Both the position numbers and the translations under genes were made by a program. Below, in pieces: positions 38,227 through 56,919 of a stretch of DNA of 64,000 nucleotides. This DNA comes from Guillardia theta CCMP2712. Taxonomy: Eukaryota; Protista; Cryptophyta. Under the pieces are notes generated by a model. The model ran no database searches and was not told the DNA's origin. It was given only the letters and a program-made list of their open reading frames with translations. How positions within the stretch are numbered: the stretch's first letter is position 1; every line of letters starts with the position of its first letter. Where the stretch lies: contig NW_005434608.1 of assembly GCF_000315625.1 (NCBI RefSeq), forward strand, positions 254,352 to 318,351. Direction: 5' to 3'.

Positions 38227-39235
38227 ATGAATGACCGGTGGTACCATCAGACGGCTGTCGTTGTGCTCCTGATATTTTTGGAACAGGATTGGAAACGTTT
38301 TCGCTGCTCTCTTCCTATGTGTCCTGCATACAGTGCGAGCTCAAACTGCCAGCAGTGGTTGTGATGCTGGCTCTTTCTGCTGCACCTTGCCGCCATGTCG
38401 CTGTGGGACTTACGTAACTTGTTTGGCCAACACCAACTGCCTCAGTGCTGTCTGCGAGATTTGCCCTCCAGGATCGTACTGCACGTGCGAAGCAGGTCTG
38501 CTACAGCCAAGAGCTGGGTAGAGGGGTCTTCTTGTGACTGTTACCGGCAGCATGTCCGAAATCGCTGACGTCGACGCCGAGCAATCTCATCAGGTTCCTT
38601 ACAGTAACTTGATGTTCAGTATGAGGGTCACGTGGGGTCGGCAGGGTCTGCCCTTCGGGATACTATTGCCCCATGTTCTCCGGCCGTCCAACACCGTGCC
38701 CAGCCGGTGATCACAATGAGGAGAGACGGGTCCAACTTTGTGACTAGAGTCGCAGGGACATACGGTGACAAGACAGGGTTGAAGGCTTTGGAAGATTGCA
38801 AGAAATGCCAACTGCTGCTTGACTCAAGGTTTCCATCTCCATTTGGTCTCTGAAGGTGATAAAGTCGAACAGTGAAGGCTCGTCAAAGTGCAAGTTGTCG
38901 AACGCCGGGATTGCAGGTCTGTGCGAAAGAGCTGTGCCCAATCCCGCCTCACCAATACCTCCAGTCATCTGCGCCTCATGTGGAGGGTCACTTGTGTGAG
39001 TATCGATACGGATGCTGTGGAGCAAATTCTGAATTGTTCATCGGTTGGGCGAATGCAGCATTGGACTGTTGTGTTACGTCGGGTCAGTCTCTTGAGAATT
39101 ATGAGAATCTTCGTTGATGGGAGGTGTAGAATGCATTGGAGGAGGCTGCGGGCAAGGCAAGCAGAGTCAAGATTCCTTGAGTCCACTGTGAGATTTTACC
39201 GATCTCTTCCTCCTTCGACTTTTTTTCGCAACTGA
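38227..39235 (+). CDS. Cys-rich secreted protein with GCC2/GCC3 (ephrin-receptor-like) repeats; 3' end uncertain
   Basis: Hydrophobic N-terminus AVVVLLIFL; CEICPPGSYC; GTYGDKTGLKALEDCKKC. Confidence 0.55.
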
Positions 39236-39407
39236 AGTGTCCCCTGATGACCTTGTTGTCTGCTCCTGGTGAGTATCAACTGACATTGCTTCCTGGCGTT
39301 TTCTCTGCAGGGTCCGCAACTCAAACCACCAGGTAACCATCCCCTGTTAACAATAGAACGAACCTGAGAGCCATTGTGTTCTTTCTTGCTCAGCCAACTT
39401 CTCGCCG

Positions 39408-39730
39408 ATGGAGAGCTACGGCACCGATGACGACACGTCATCAGACCGACTGTACCCCGGGGACTCCATGGAGCCAACGGCTCCGATAGCCAAAGTCTTG
39501 AGTGCAGATGAGAGGAGGGAGCAGCTAAGAAGGAGGATGGAAGTAATCTTAACACTGGAGCTGCCTGACAGCAGACTGACTCTTCTTGTGAATGAAAGGA
39601 GCTTGAACGGCAAGAATCGATCAAGGCAGTTGCGAAGGGCAAGGTAATCTTGAGGTGTTCAAGGTGCTGCTGCTGACGAAGGAGCACAGGTCCAAGACAA
39701 GGCCCGAGAGAGCCTGATAGAAGACAATAG
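39408..39730 (+). CDS. Small charged hypothetical protein or 3' exons
   Basis: MESYGTDDD...ERREQLRRRME with short GT-AG introns. Confidence 0.3.
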
Positions 39731-40333
39731 GGTAGAACGCATATTGACTCTGCGATGGTACGCGCGCTGATCAACATCGCATTTGCAGATGCAAGCAAGA
39801 GTCGGGAAAGCATCACAAGGTCATTGTGCCCTTCTTACTCTTCAATTGTAATCTCTACCTTGCATTGACATGTAGACAGGGAAGAAAAGCTTGTTCGGAA
39901 AGGATAAGAAGAAGCATGATGATGAAGTCAACATAGAAGTCTGCGTATGATTCCTCAACGCGATGTTTTCTTCATCTTCGTTTGACTTTTTCGCTTAACT
40001 TCTCTCACTGTGGGAGACGCTTTCTGTACAATATGTGTCCTTGCCTTTAGAAACATCTATATACCTCTGAATTCACTTTATTATGCACATTTCTTCTAAG
40101 ATCGCAGTCTGTTACACTTGTCTCCTCCGATTCTTCTTTTCTTTCACTTCACTACCATACCCAACAGAGAAATGTTACAGAAGTGAATCATCTAGCCCCT
40201 GCAAGGCAAGATGATTAGAGAGGCTTCCTGAGAAGCAACAGAACCAACTTCGAGCATAATGCCGCAAGAAGACGTAGTAAGTAGCCCACGAGATTACTAT
40301 CGCAAGAAAGCTCTTCTGCACAGACAAGGCAAG

Positions 40334-41064
40334 TCAGGCATTCGCTCTTCCATCAGCTGATTTTTCACCTGCATCACCATCTCCCCGCTGGTGAAGTTGA
40401 AGCTGGGAAACGAACAGTGTGAGAAGATCATGAATGTTAGAGCACAGGGCAGGTGACGAGCCCATCACATCATGTATGTTAGAGCAGAGAACAGGAGACG
40501 AGGAGAGCAGGCAGGGGTAGCGGGAGAGCAAAACCACATCGCTCACATAGAGAAAACGTCGACGCATCCCTGCCGGAACTCCGGGTTGGTGAACAATGAG
40601 AAGAAACTTCTGAGTTTGCGGGGGCGCAAGAGGTGTGAGAAAGACATCATCTTGAAGGTCTCAATGGCCTGCGTTACCCGCCCAGTCATAGTGCCCTCCT
40701 GCCCCGTGGCATCGCTTTTGTGTGCTGTCCTCCTACAGCCTTTGTGCTCGGGATGGTTCAGAGCACAGGACGAGGCACCTGCAGAGCTCCGTCCTAGCAG
40801 ACGAGAAGCCCCTGAGATCAGCAGAACGAGCAGGATCCCGCCGACTGTGGCTACCTCCTCCAGAGCTGGTGGGAACAAATCTACATCTCCGATTCCATTG
40901 CACCCGAAGCCCCTCCTCCTCCCACAGTCATCGGGCACGAGGGCTCTGACGCAGACCTGCTCCTCGGGCTTCCTCGGATCCCCCAGCATGACATGGGTTC
41001 TCCTCGCCCTCGCCCTCTCCCCTTGCCATCCCATCCATCGCGCCCCGTCCTCCAACCCCAGCAT
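40334..41064 (-). CDS. Hypothetical protein with a hydrophobic segment; boundaries approximate
   Basis: ORF 40543..41259 contains VATVGGILLVLLISGA; spliced downstream exons. Confidence 0.3.
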
Positions 41065-41539
41065 CCTTGCCCGCCCTTCTCTTGCCCACGGAGCTATTGA
41101 AACTCTTCGTGCCCCTGCCTGAAAAAACTCTAATTGAGCTCCTAGTAAATAATGCCCATCCCCCAACCTAGTCCTCACCAAACAAGTCAGCGAGCGCCCG
41201 ATGTCCGGCCCGACGGGCACTGGCAGCATACTAGACTGAAAATGATCCGATCGGATCACCCGGTGATCGATTCAAGCCTAGTCCGGGCAAGCTCCTCCTC
41301 CGCCTCCGCCTCCGCCGCCTCTTCCTAGTCCTCGTCCTAGTCATCCTCCTCGTCCTCGTCCTCGCGCGAGGAGTCCTCGTCCCACTTCAGGCTTGCTATC
41401 GCCGAGGCGCTGAGCAGCAGCCTATTGACCTTCCGGACCCCGGGCCCAACTTGGCAAGGGTCCGCAGGGCCTAACACGGACCCAGACTGACTAACTCGGA
41501 AAGCACTCAATTGAGCCTCGGAGTATCATGAGCCGCGAG

Positions 41540-41690
41540 CGAGGACAATCCGAGGCAGCGGGAGACAACTCCGATCCTGACTCCCGGAGTACGATCGGGA
41601 GTGCCCGGCGGGTCAGCGGGGCCCGGGCCGGGCGCCCGCCGCAGCCTGGGCTAGTGATAAGTTTACTCAAAGTCACTCAAGTTAAAATGA
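41540..41690. promoter_or_regulatory. GC-rich island between divergent genes
   Basis: gcccgggccgggcgcccgcc cluster with flanking actca motifs. Confidence 0.4.
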
Positions 41691-41856
41691 AGTTTTACGG
41701 GCCTTGTTTTTTTTAGCCTTTTGACCGTTTTTTCCCCCTACTACTCTTGACTCCTCTCATAACCTTCTTAGAGACTCTGACCCCACCCCCCTGGGTGTAA
41801 GAGAGGCCTTTTTTGACCCACCCCTACTTCTAGCCTTTTGTAACCCCCTTTCCTCC

Positions 41857-47937
<6,081 letters not shown>

Positions 47938-48229
47938 AAACGCAACAAGATCAAAGTAGACAACTATGATGTTATTTCATGCAACCCTCCTCATGTCGAC
48001 TCTAGGTAGAACGAAGGATACTTCAACTGATCCGAATCTTCGCTCCTCGCCCTGGTATTTCACCTGCCCTCCTGCTCCTCCCGTTCACTAGGCTCATAGG
48101 ACGGAGCGAGAGAGTGAAGATACTTGTGCAGGAAGCAGGTAATGACTCTCCTCCTCCACCGCTACCCTATAGGACTCGAGACCTCCCTCCCTCCACACTC
48201 CCTCCCTCACTCACTCACTCCCGGCCTCC

Positions 48230-48329
48230 NNNNNNNNNNNNNNNNNNNNNNNNNNNNNNNNNNNNNNNNNNNNNNNNNNNNNNNNNNNNNNNNNNNNNNN
48301 NNNNNNNNNNNNNNNNNNNNNNNNNNNNN
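48230..48329. other. Assembly gap (100 N)
   Basis: Run of n. Confidence 1.
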
Positions 48330-48549
48330 GGGTACTTTCAGAGATACCGTGGACTGACAACAATAAGGAAAGGAGGGGGAAAAAAATATGGACTTAGGAG
48401 CCTGCAAAAAAGACCTCTCTCACACCCGAGGGGATGGGATCCCTCCCTACCTCCCTCCCTCCCTCCCTCCCTCCCTCCCTCCCTCCCTCCCTCCCTCCTT
48501 CCCTCCCTCCCTCTGCTGATTTCTGCATCTCACCCTCACTATTCAACAC

Positions 48550-49533
48550 TTCGATCGCATGATCGCTTGCCAGTCTTCAAGTTCAAAGCCCCGATCGTAA
48601 AAAGATACATGGAGATTGCATCCAACTACGTCGACCTGGAGAAGAGAAGAGAGCGGTTCAGTGCTGGCGCCGACGGCTCTCTCTCGGTCAACGGATACAT
48701 CAGGACCAACACACCTGGAGGTTGTACGCACAGGCATGCGACTCATTCTAATCTTTGAATTACAGCCAAAGGCCCGCAGCTTCCAAAGATGATCGACCCC
48801 GTCTTCAATTACAACTCGCAGGCAAGCTTAACTTCTCACTCCCAGTCCCTTTAATCTTCTCGCAGAACATTCAGGCTTCTCTGTTTGCTCAGCAACGCTC
48901 GAGGTATTTCCGTGTCATCTTGCTGGTTTGAGATCTCAAATCTCCTGTCAGTTGTATTATCCCTTCTGCTGAAGATGTTGACATCTGAGCATGAGTATGC
49001 CTGTCCCAATGACTCCACCAGCCGTCGCGCTATTGCAAAGATATACCGATGATGCAACGTGCTAGAAGGATCTTCGGTCTCTCTTTGATTGATACAATAT
49101 CATGTTCAAGTATAAGATATCTTGTTTTACATGCTTCAAACTTATAGTACACCTCCTCAAATGTGACTTCAGGCTTCACATTTCTTGACCTCCAGACCTC
49201 TGGAAAACAGCAATGAATCCAACGATAGAAGAAGAAGAGAAGTAAGACGCTCACCCGTGGATCGCCAAGGCTGTCAAAGAACCTGGTGTAATTCCTGACT
49301 GTGTTGCTGATCGCGCAACCTTCATTCGTCATCTTGACCTCCTCCTGTCATCAACAATCATCATCTTCCAACTCTCAAACTTCTCTTCTCGCCTGCATCT
49401 GACATCTCAGGGAGATGTTCAACACCCCATCATGACTCGCGCGCCCCTGAGACCACCGAGGGGTAAGGCGACTTTACAGGGACGTACAGCTATACAGGAG
49501 GAAACTCCAGACTTTGACGGACTTTGCGAGTAA
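48550..49533 (+). CDS. Hypothetical multi-exon gene
   Basis: PVFKFKAPIVKRYMEIASNYVDLEKRR..|AKGPQLPKMIDPVFNYNSQ|NIQASLF; one probable GC-AG intron at 48822-48865. Confidence 0.35.
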
Positions 49534-51040
49534 CTCGAGCCCTAGGGGACGCTGCAGAGGAGAAGCTCATTCTTCAGATCTCGTGAATCACATCAAACCT
49601 GGTCGAAGTTGCTCAAACTGAGACCCAGCCTGCGTGCTCGTCTGCGCGCCCCATGACGTCTCCTTCTTGATTTCTCGTCTTGGTGATTGGGGGAAGATCA
49701 GGTCCTTCGACGTCTGCTGCAGAGTGAACTTCAGAGAGTGAGGGAGATCGAGCACGAGAGAGGGAGAGAGAGACAGGGGAAGAAGGAAGGGGGAAGGATG
49801 AGGGAACACGTTACAAGTACCTTTGAAAAGGAGGAGTGGGACACATCGACGGGATCGTTGAGAGCGGTGTAGTCTGATCGATTGTTTGCGCAAGCCCCGT
49901 TACCTTCAAACCTTCCACCCAAGGATGTTCCAAAGGTTCTTTCCTCGGGATCACTGCCATTGTTCATTGCGTCGGACGTGTGAGAAGCCTGGGACTGCGT
50001 CTTCGCTTCCGAGAAGACCGATTCGCGATTCGCATCTCGCAATAAGGACATGCAATATTCAAAGTGATGCCTGTCGGACACTCCGCCGTCCGAGCCGTAC
50101 TTGTCCATCTTGTCATAAGATGCAGGATTTGATCTGCTGTATTCTAGACCTCTCTTCAACTCACTGTTCTTCACCTGCTCAGCATGCAACTTGAGTTGCA
50201 GCTCACGGATCTGCGCCTGCATTGAGGAGATTTTGGTGTCTTGCACGGACGTGTAAGTTTCAAGATCATGTTCCAGCTTGCTGATGCGGTTTCTCTTCAC
50301 ATTCGATTCTTTCAGCTCGTCTTCCAGTGATTTAATTTTCTTTTGCGATGCACTTAACTTGAGTTCATAGTCTCTGAGCTTTTGCTTTAATGCTTGATCA
50401 GCATCTGCTTGCGATGCAATGCTCTCCCTTGTTGAATGGAAGGATTCCACCACATCTGAGCAAATTTCCTGCGCTTCCATGCATTTCCATTTCAAGTCCA
50501 TCAATGAATTTCGAAGAACGATCACATCAGCCTCTCGTTTTTGAACTTTGTGGCGTATTCATTGATGACCTTAGATGCTTTCTCGCGTTGTATTTTCAGC
50601 TCTTCGTTTCCTTTTTGAGCAATGGCCTGAACCTCGTATTGCAGTTTTCTGTTCTCTTCTCCCTGCTCAAACATCTTACTTTGAAGATTCTTGATTTCAT
50701 TTCTCAAGGCCTGCTTCTCTCGATCTGCAACCATGTATGTCCCCTGCATTTGTCGAGACATCGCGCTGTCATACATTGATTTCCTGCAGGTTATGTCAAC
50801 AGGTATTTGTATCATAATGAATAGTACTGCGCATATTGTTGCATAGCAGATGATGAGACCGGAACCTGCCTATAGGACGATCTACAAATGTTTAGCAACA
50901 GCATAAATGAATAGAGAGCACCTTGGATAAATTACTGTATTGTTCATCTCAGCTTGAAACAATTCCAATTCCAAATCTGTCATTGCAACTCGTCAGCTTC
51001 AAAACTCTGAGACCTCCTAGCCCGAGGCATTGAGCATTCA
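49490..51040 (-). CDS. Coiled-coil hypothetical protein; ends approximate
   Basis: Adjacent heptad-rich ORFs 50522..50815 and 49731..50525 plus a spliced 3' exon at 49588-49716. Confidence 0.55.
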
Positions 51041-51667
51041 TCGATCAAATCGTCTCAAGTACAATGCACCGTAGGGGCTAGCCACCACCCCATTCAATGA
51101 TGAGGTTGTAGTGCCACTTGAGGCTAAAACACTATTGGTAACAATCAGCTTCTACGAGCATGGCGGCAAGCTGATATCATATCACTTTACATTCAACATC
51201 TTCATCTTCCATTGTTTCTCTCTCCTTCCTTTGTGCTCTTCTCCCTTTTCTGCCTACCGCCCTCGCGCATTTCCCAATTAAAATCGTCCTGACCCCACCC
51301 CCACCCTTCACCACCCACCCCTGGTCGTCGACACATCAACCATCTGATCCACCCCAACCCTGCGCCCCCTGTTACCACCCCCCACCACTTGACTTTGCTT
51401 CGACACACTGACCAAAGGACGGGTCAGTTCGGGGTAAACCCCTGGCGGTGGTACATGAACCCCTACCGACTACCGGTACTCACGGTGCAATTTTAACACT
51501 ACGTTACAGCCCAGCCTGCACTACCCCTACCTCCCTGGATCAGCCCGAACCCCCGGGTACAGTAACCACGAGGACACCGGTCCTGCACTCACTGTCAGAC
51601 CATCTTGGAAGCTCAGAAAACAAGGGGTCCGAAAGTCGCTAAAGCCGACGGAGCGGCTATTTAGAGC

Positions 51668-51786
51668 CATGAGCTTCTTCATCATGCTTCTTCAAGTCAT
51701 CATGCTTCTTCAACATGCTTCTTCAACATGCTTCTTCAACATGCTTCTTCATCATGCTTCTTCATCATGCTTCTTCATCATGCTTC
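51668..51786. repeat. 13-bp minisatellite CATGCTTCTTCA(A/T), about 9 copies
   Basis: Seen directly. Confidence 0.85.
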
Positions 51787-54516
51787 GCGTTATCTTTCTC
51801 ATGACATCACCAACAATTCGTGTAGAACCATCACTTCTTGTGTCCTGCCCTCAAGTCCTAGCCCCAGTCATGTGTATGATACCCTGGTCTGGTGAAGACG
51901 CCGATATGTTTCAGAAAGTCTACTCTGAGCAAATAAACGTTTCATTGGTTAAAGTATCAACCAAGTTGCAAAGAGCATCTGATTGCAGTCTTGAAAGTGA
52001 TGAGAACTCAATCTGCCTCCCGCATCAGTGCGCTTGTAAAGCAATCTTGCATCTTGGATGATCAATGCCGGCACTAGAAGTTATGGGCTCGAAACGTTAA
52101 TCACGCACATGTTGTTTATTTCTATACTATCTTCTTCCAGACCCTCTTTTCCTCTCCCTCCTTCCCGCTACCTAGTATACATGCTACGACGCCCGCCCTT
52201 TGCTCCCCTCCGCTCACACAGGATTCGCTTTCGCGATGCTCCGGCGCTGCCGTCGAGCGCGTAGAATGGAGTCCAGCACCACTCTGCCGCTGTTGCTGGC
52301 CCCTCCGTCCGGGCTGATGATGCTGCCGGAGACAGCTTTCTGCCTCCTCGCTTCCTTCCGGGGCCGGCTCGATGTCAGGTAAAAGGGAGCCGCGGAGCAA
52401 CGGTATAGGACGACGTCGTCGAGCATCCGGATCGATCTTGAAGAGGAGGCCGGGGACGGGGAGGGGGAACAGGAGCACACGGCGTCAGAGGGGAGGTGTA
52501 AGCACATGTGTGGCGGGCGTGAGCGTGGGCGTGAGTGTGGGGAGGAAAGAGGTGTGCCTTTATCGACTTGTTGCCGTGTTTGTGAGGTTTTAACCACAGA
52601 GTGGTGCCATGAGGAGCTGACAGCACCAACCCTTATGAATGCCTGGAGAAAAGGGGGGGTGGGGTGGAAGTCTGCTCTAGTCGAAATCATCAACAGAGCT
52701 CATTTCAGTGTAAATCTCTTCCCTGCGCTCATGCGGAATGCACGGCAGTGGCGATCCAGAGGCCCTTTTAGGGAGGCTATTCCGGTGAGCCTGGTCAGCA
52801 GGCCCGACAGTCACGGGGTGAGTGTGCAGTGGTTACGCCGGAGGAGGCACGGACAGAGGGGTGGTTGGATTAACTGGAAGGTTTCTGGAAAGGTGTCAGG
52901 CCCGACAGTCACGAGGTGAGTGTTTAGCGGTGGTTACAGTTACATCAAAAGACTGATAAAGCTCAGCTGGCCGGTGACGAGACAGCGGATGAAAAGAACT
53001 GATTTCCTGTACAGCTCATTCCCTGCGCCCCTTTAAGGTCAGCTGGTCACGTGGGTAGTTAAGACCGAAATCCATTCAGTCAATAGGGGGCTTATGGGCG
53101 CCAGAGACCTTAGACCTTAGGATTAGCTGTCCTTGCCGTTACACGGCGGTTTTAACCTTAGTCTGATTTTGAGACGTTGTGATATAGGGAAAAAGCAATC
53201 GAGTTTTCTTCTAAAATCACTCAATAATTTGTACCATGACCTTAACTTTTAGAGTTTTATTCTCTTTTTATTTCATTTTTGGAAGTGTTGGATTAGTAGT
53301 GAAACTGAAATGTTTGTGCAGAACGAGCGCTTGCAAGGTGTGTGAGATGTTAGCTTATGCTGTTGTAGGTGATGTTGCAAGCAAGTACAAGCATGATGAA
53401 GAACAGCTTAATGCATACGAGGTGTTGCATGGTCCAATTATATTACTCATGTTCTAATTACAATGAACACAGGAATAAAGAAGGGGAAAACTGCAAAACT
53501 GCTCGGATGCACCGCTTCAATACCATCGGCCCTCTAGCGCTCTGATAGCTCTGATTATTCTTGTCCTGCTCACATCTACTTTCCCCGATATTTGTCTTCT
53601 ACTCAATCTTACCCCGCCTCGACACGAGCTTCACACCATCAGCCCTGTCGAGAAGGAGGGAAAAGTCTGGACTTGGTGCTGAACTCAATCATGCAAGCAC
53701 GATCAAGGCTAGGAACAGGAGACTCGAGTGTACGATAGATATCAGTATCCAGATGTTCGTGTAGATCTGATCGATGTATATCTGCCTGTGGAGAAATAAA
53801 CTTTCATTCATCACCCATAGCAAAAAAATTAACTTGATGTCACTGATACATTGAGAGAATGGAGACACTCAAATGATTGTGGTGAGAAATCTTGCGATCA
53901 GGAGGCTTCACAACAGCGATGATGATGATGATGTTTATGATGATGATGATGTTTATGATGATGATGATGGAGCTGATGATGATGGCGACGACGACGAGGA
54001 CGATGACGATGATGATGACATATCTGTAGAAAGAATCTCACTGACTCTAGTCTCTCTAATTTAGCTAAAAAATGGAGTCATTTCTTTTACTTAAAGTTGA
54101 GTAAACGTATATAGTTGAGTAAACGTTCAAAATGCAGGAAGCACAATGGTGGAGCAACGATCGGGCGCCGCCCTACAGCAAGGATGATGGTGTGCTACAT
54201 CAGATCATGTCTTAGGATCATTCTAGGCATAGTTGTACATTACCATCATCAGCTCCATTCTACAGATATGTAGTCACCGCGAGCCAGGTAGCCAGAGCCT
54301 CAAGTGATCGTCTCCCCTCTCCCAGCTATAGCCTCACCTATAAATTCATCGACGATAAAGCAGCTCGTCTGACACGAATAGGGCTCTCTCCTCCACCCCC
54401 TCCACCGTCACTCTGGCCTTCGAAATGCCCTGGAGCTGCTTACGATGCAAGGCAAGAAAGCCTTCAGGCTGCTCAATGCCCCATACTCCATTATCCTTGT
54501 CGTGTACTCACACCTA

Positions 54517-54610
54517 CATGCTTCTCGTGTGCTTACAGCTATATGCTTCTCGTGTGCTTACACCTGTATGGCGCTTCTCGTGTGCTTATACCTATATGCT
54601 TCTCGTGTAC
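54517..54610. repeat. ~25-bp tandem repeat ATGCTTCTCGTGTGCTTA..., about 4 copies
   Basis: Seen directly; probably intronic. Confidence 0.8.
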
Positions 54611-56919
54611 TGGTGCCTTACAAGTCCATCATATCAGATCACAGTCGCTTTCTGTACAGAGGAAAGCTCGAAATGTGTAAGTTGTCAAACATCCCTTTGA
54701 GTTCTGCATCTGATTTGACCTCTCATGGTGTTCACTTCAAAACGCCTAATCCCATGTTCGTAAGGCGGTGAGCGTACAAGTTTGTTGCAGACGATTGAAT
54801 GATTTGAACTTTGCATATGCTTTTGATTTCTCATGCGGATAACATGAATAGTATGTGAGTATCGCAGGAGCTGTCGTAATGACAGATGGATGTTTCTGAC
54901 ATTTGGTTCGGTTTGAATTCACATCTATCACTAATGGACGAGCCGGGTTGATAGTTTGTGAGTGTATGACAAAGAAGTGAAGACTGATCAGCATGACTTG
55001 ATTCCCAGGCAACTTTCGACGATGGAGGCGATGGTAGGTGCAGAATTTGTTCCAAGGATGTCAGGTATCATCGCGCGGAGTTCAAAGTCTGCGACGTAAG
55101 AAAGAACCTTCTATTTACTTCTATCGATTTGATAGGACTCGCTCTATACAGATCTGCATACAAATCTATTTCTGAAAAGACTTTTGCAGACCACCTACAA
55201 GAAATCGTGGTTCAGTTCGAGGTGTATGATGTGCTCGAAACCTCAGAAGGACCATGACTCCTGCTTTGGGATCTGCAACGTAAGTAAATTCTTGTTTTGA
55301 GGAGGACGAATCGCCTACTCAATCAATCCAACAGCATGATTTGATTGAACGATGATTGCACAGGCTGTAAGCACAAGTCCTTTCTCTGAAGATAACGACT
55401 AATTGACATCAATTTGCTGAATTTTCTGACTCGCGGCTTGGCTGGCGCGGTTGCCGGGCTGGATAGGAGGTAAGCGTCTTTCGATTTGATGAAGTCAAAC
55501 GATTCTTTTACTGCTCGCCTTGCTCTCTGTTGATAGAATGAGTTGACAATTGAATTTTAAAGCGTGTAAGTACCTCATGTACCAATGAAGCGATCGACCC
55601 GTCTGACTCGCTCCCTTCTGAACATCTCTGGGGTCTTGGACTCTCTCGATGAAGAATGTAAGAGGCCAATGAAATGATCGAATACACATCAGATGATTTC
55701 ATGTTTCATACTGATTAGGCAACATTTAAACCTGGAGAAGAAGGGAAGTGCATGATCTGTTCCAAGCTTGAGAAGTATCATTACCAAAACAAAAGATACT
55801 GTAACGTGAGAGAAATTTCTCATGTATGAAAGTTTCTGATATTGATTTCGCACTCTATCCAAAATTGCGGCTTGGTTGACCCTCAACGGTGATTACAGGA
55901 GGTCAGTTCCCTCTGATTTGATCCCCTCTAAAATTAAACATTCATCTTTTTTCTATGTACGCTTTTCGCATGTGACCACGTTTTGCACGGGACTGAATAG
56001 CATGTGAGTCTCCCTCAAACGATTGTCGTTGAATTGTTCACACTGTACTGACTTGTTCTTCTGCATGTTGCATCTGTGATGGAATAGACGGTAAGAATCT
56101 TTTCGTCTGCACCGTACCTGCACTGAGATAGCAATGTTTTCTGTTGGTTCATTTCCTCTTGGGAGCTTTGTGGGGCTTTCAGAATGTAAGAGTGATCAGA
56201 ACGCATGTTGCGTGATCGATCTGACTTGATGCTCATTTGATTTTGTTTCAATGATCTCGCTTACATCGAACGATTGGAACACCGTGCAGTCTGTAAGAAT
56301 CTTCATCAATGTTACATGTGTGATAAAGCTGACGTTGAATCTTGTTGTGTCACGCGCAATCTCAATGCTGCTGGACAGTACGTAAGTTGCGATGGATGTG
56401 ATTGTCTCAGATGTCAGTATTTCTGATATTTTCTTGTTTCCTCGCGGATCTTGTTGCTACTGGACGTGCTGGGACTTGGAAGTGCGTGAGTACCAGATGA
56501 AGCCACATGACTGGAGTTTGGTGCTTCTGACATTGATTTTCTATGCTGTTTCTACTCTTAAACGGGCTGGACTTCTGTGTTCTGATAGTATGTAAGGGTC
56601 ATGGAGTGTTGCTCAACAAAAACTGACATTTTTCTCTCCTTCGTCATTCAAACGGATTGATTGTCCTTAGTGCTGTGTAAGAAATGCCTTGTACTGTTCT
56701 TTATGAATCTCCTCTGAAGTCTTTTTTGTTGAATGTGGGATTTTAAACAACCTCATCAGAACGTAAGTTGACAAACATTCCTCAAGAAACATATCTAACA
56801 TTGCATTCCAAACAACCTTCGTTTCAGTGCGCCAAGGCTCGGGGATGGCAAGAGTACGATCAGGTGGAAAGACTTGATCAGAGCCAAGTTCGTACTGATC
56901 TGACTGATGGACCTTGTAG

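Noticed and set aside
55215-55280. In-frame TGA (possible selenocysteine) in SEGP*LLLW
   Set aside because: Another frame is fully open and carries the CxxC/H motif; no SECIS recognised
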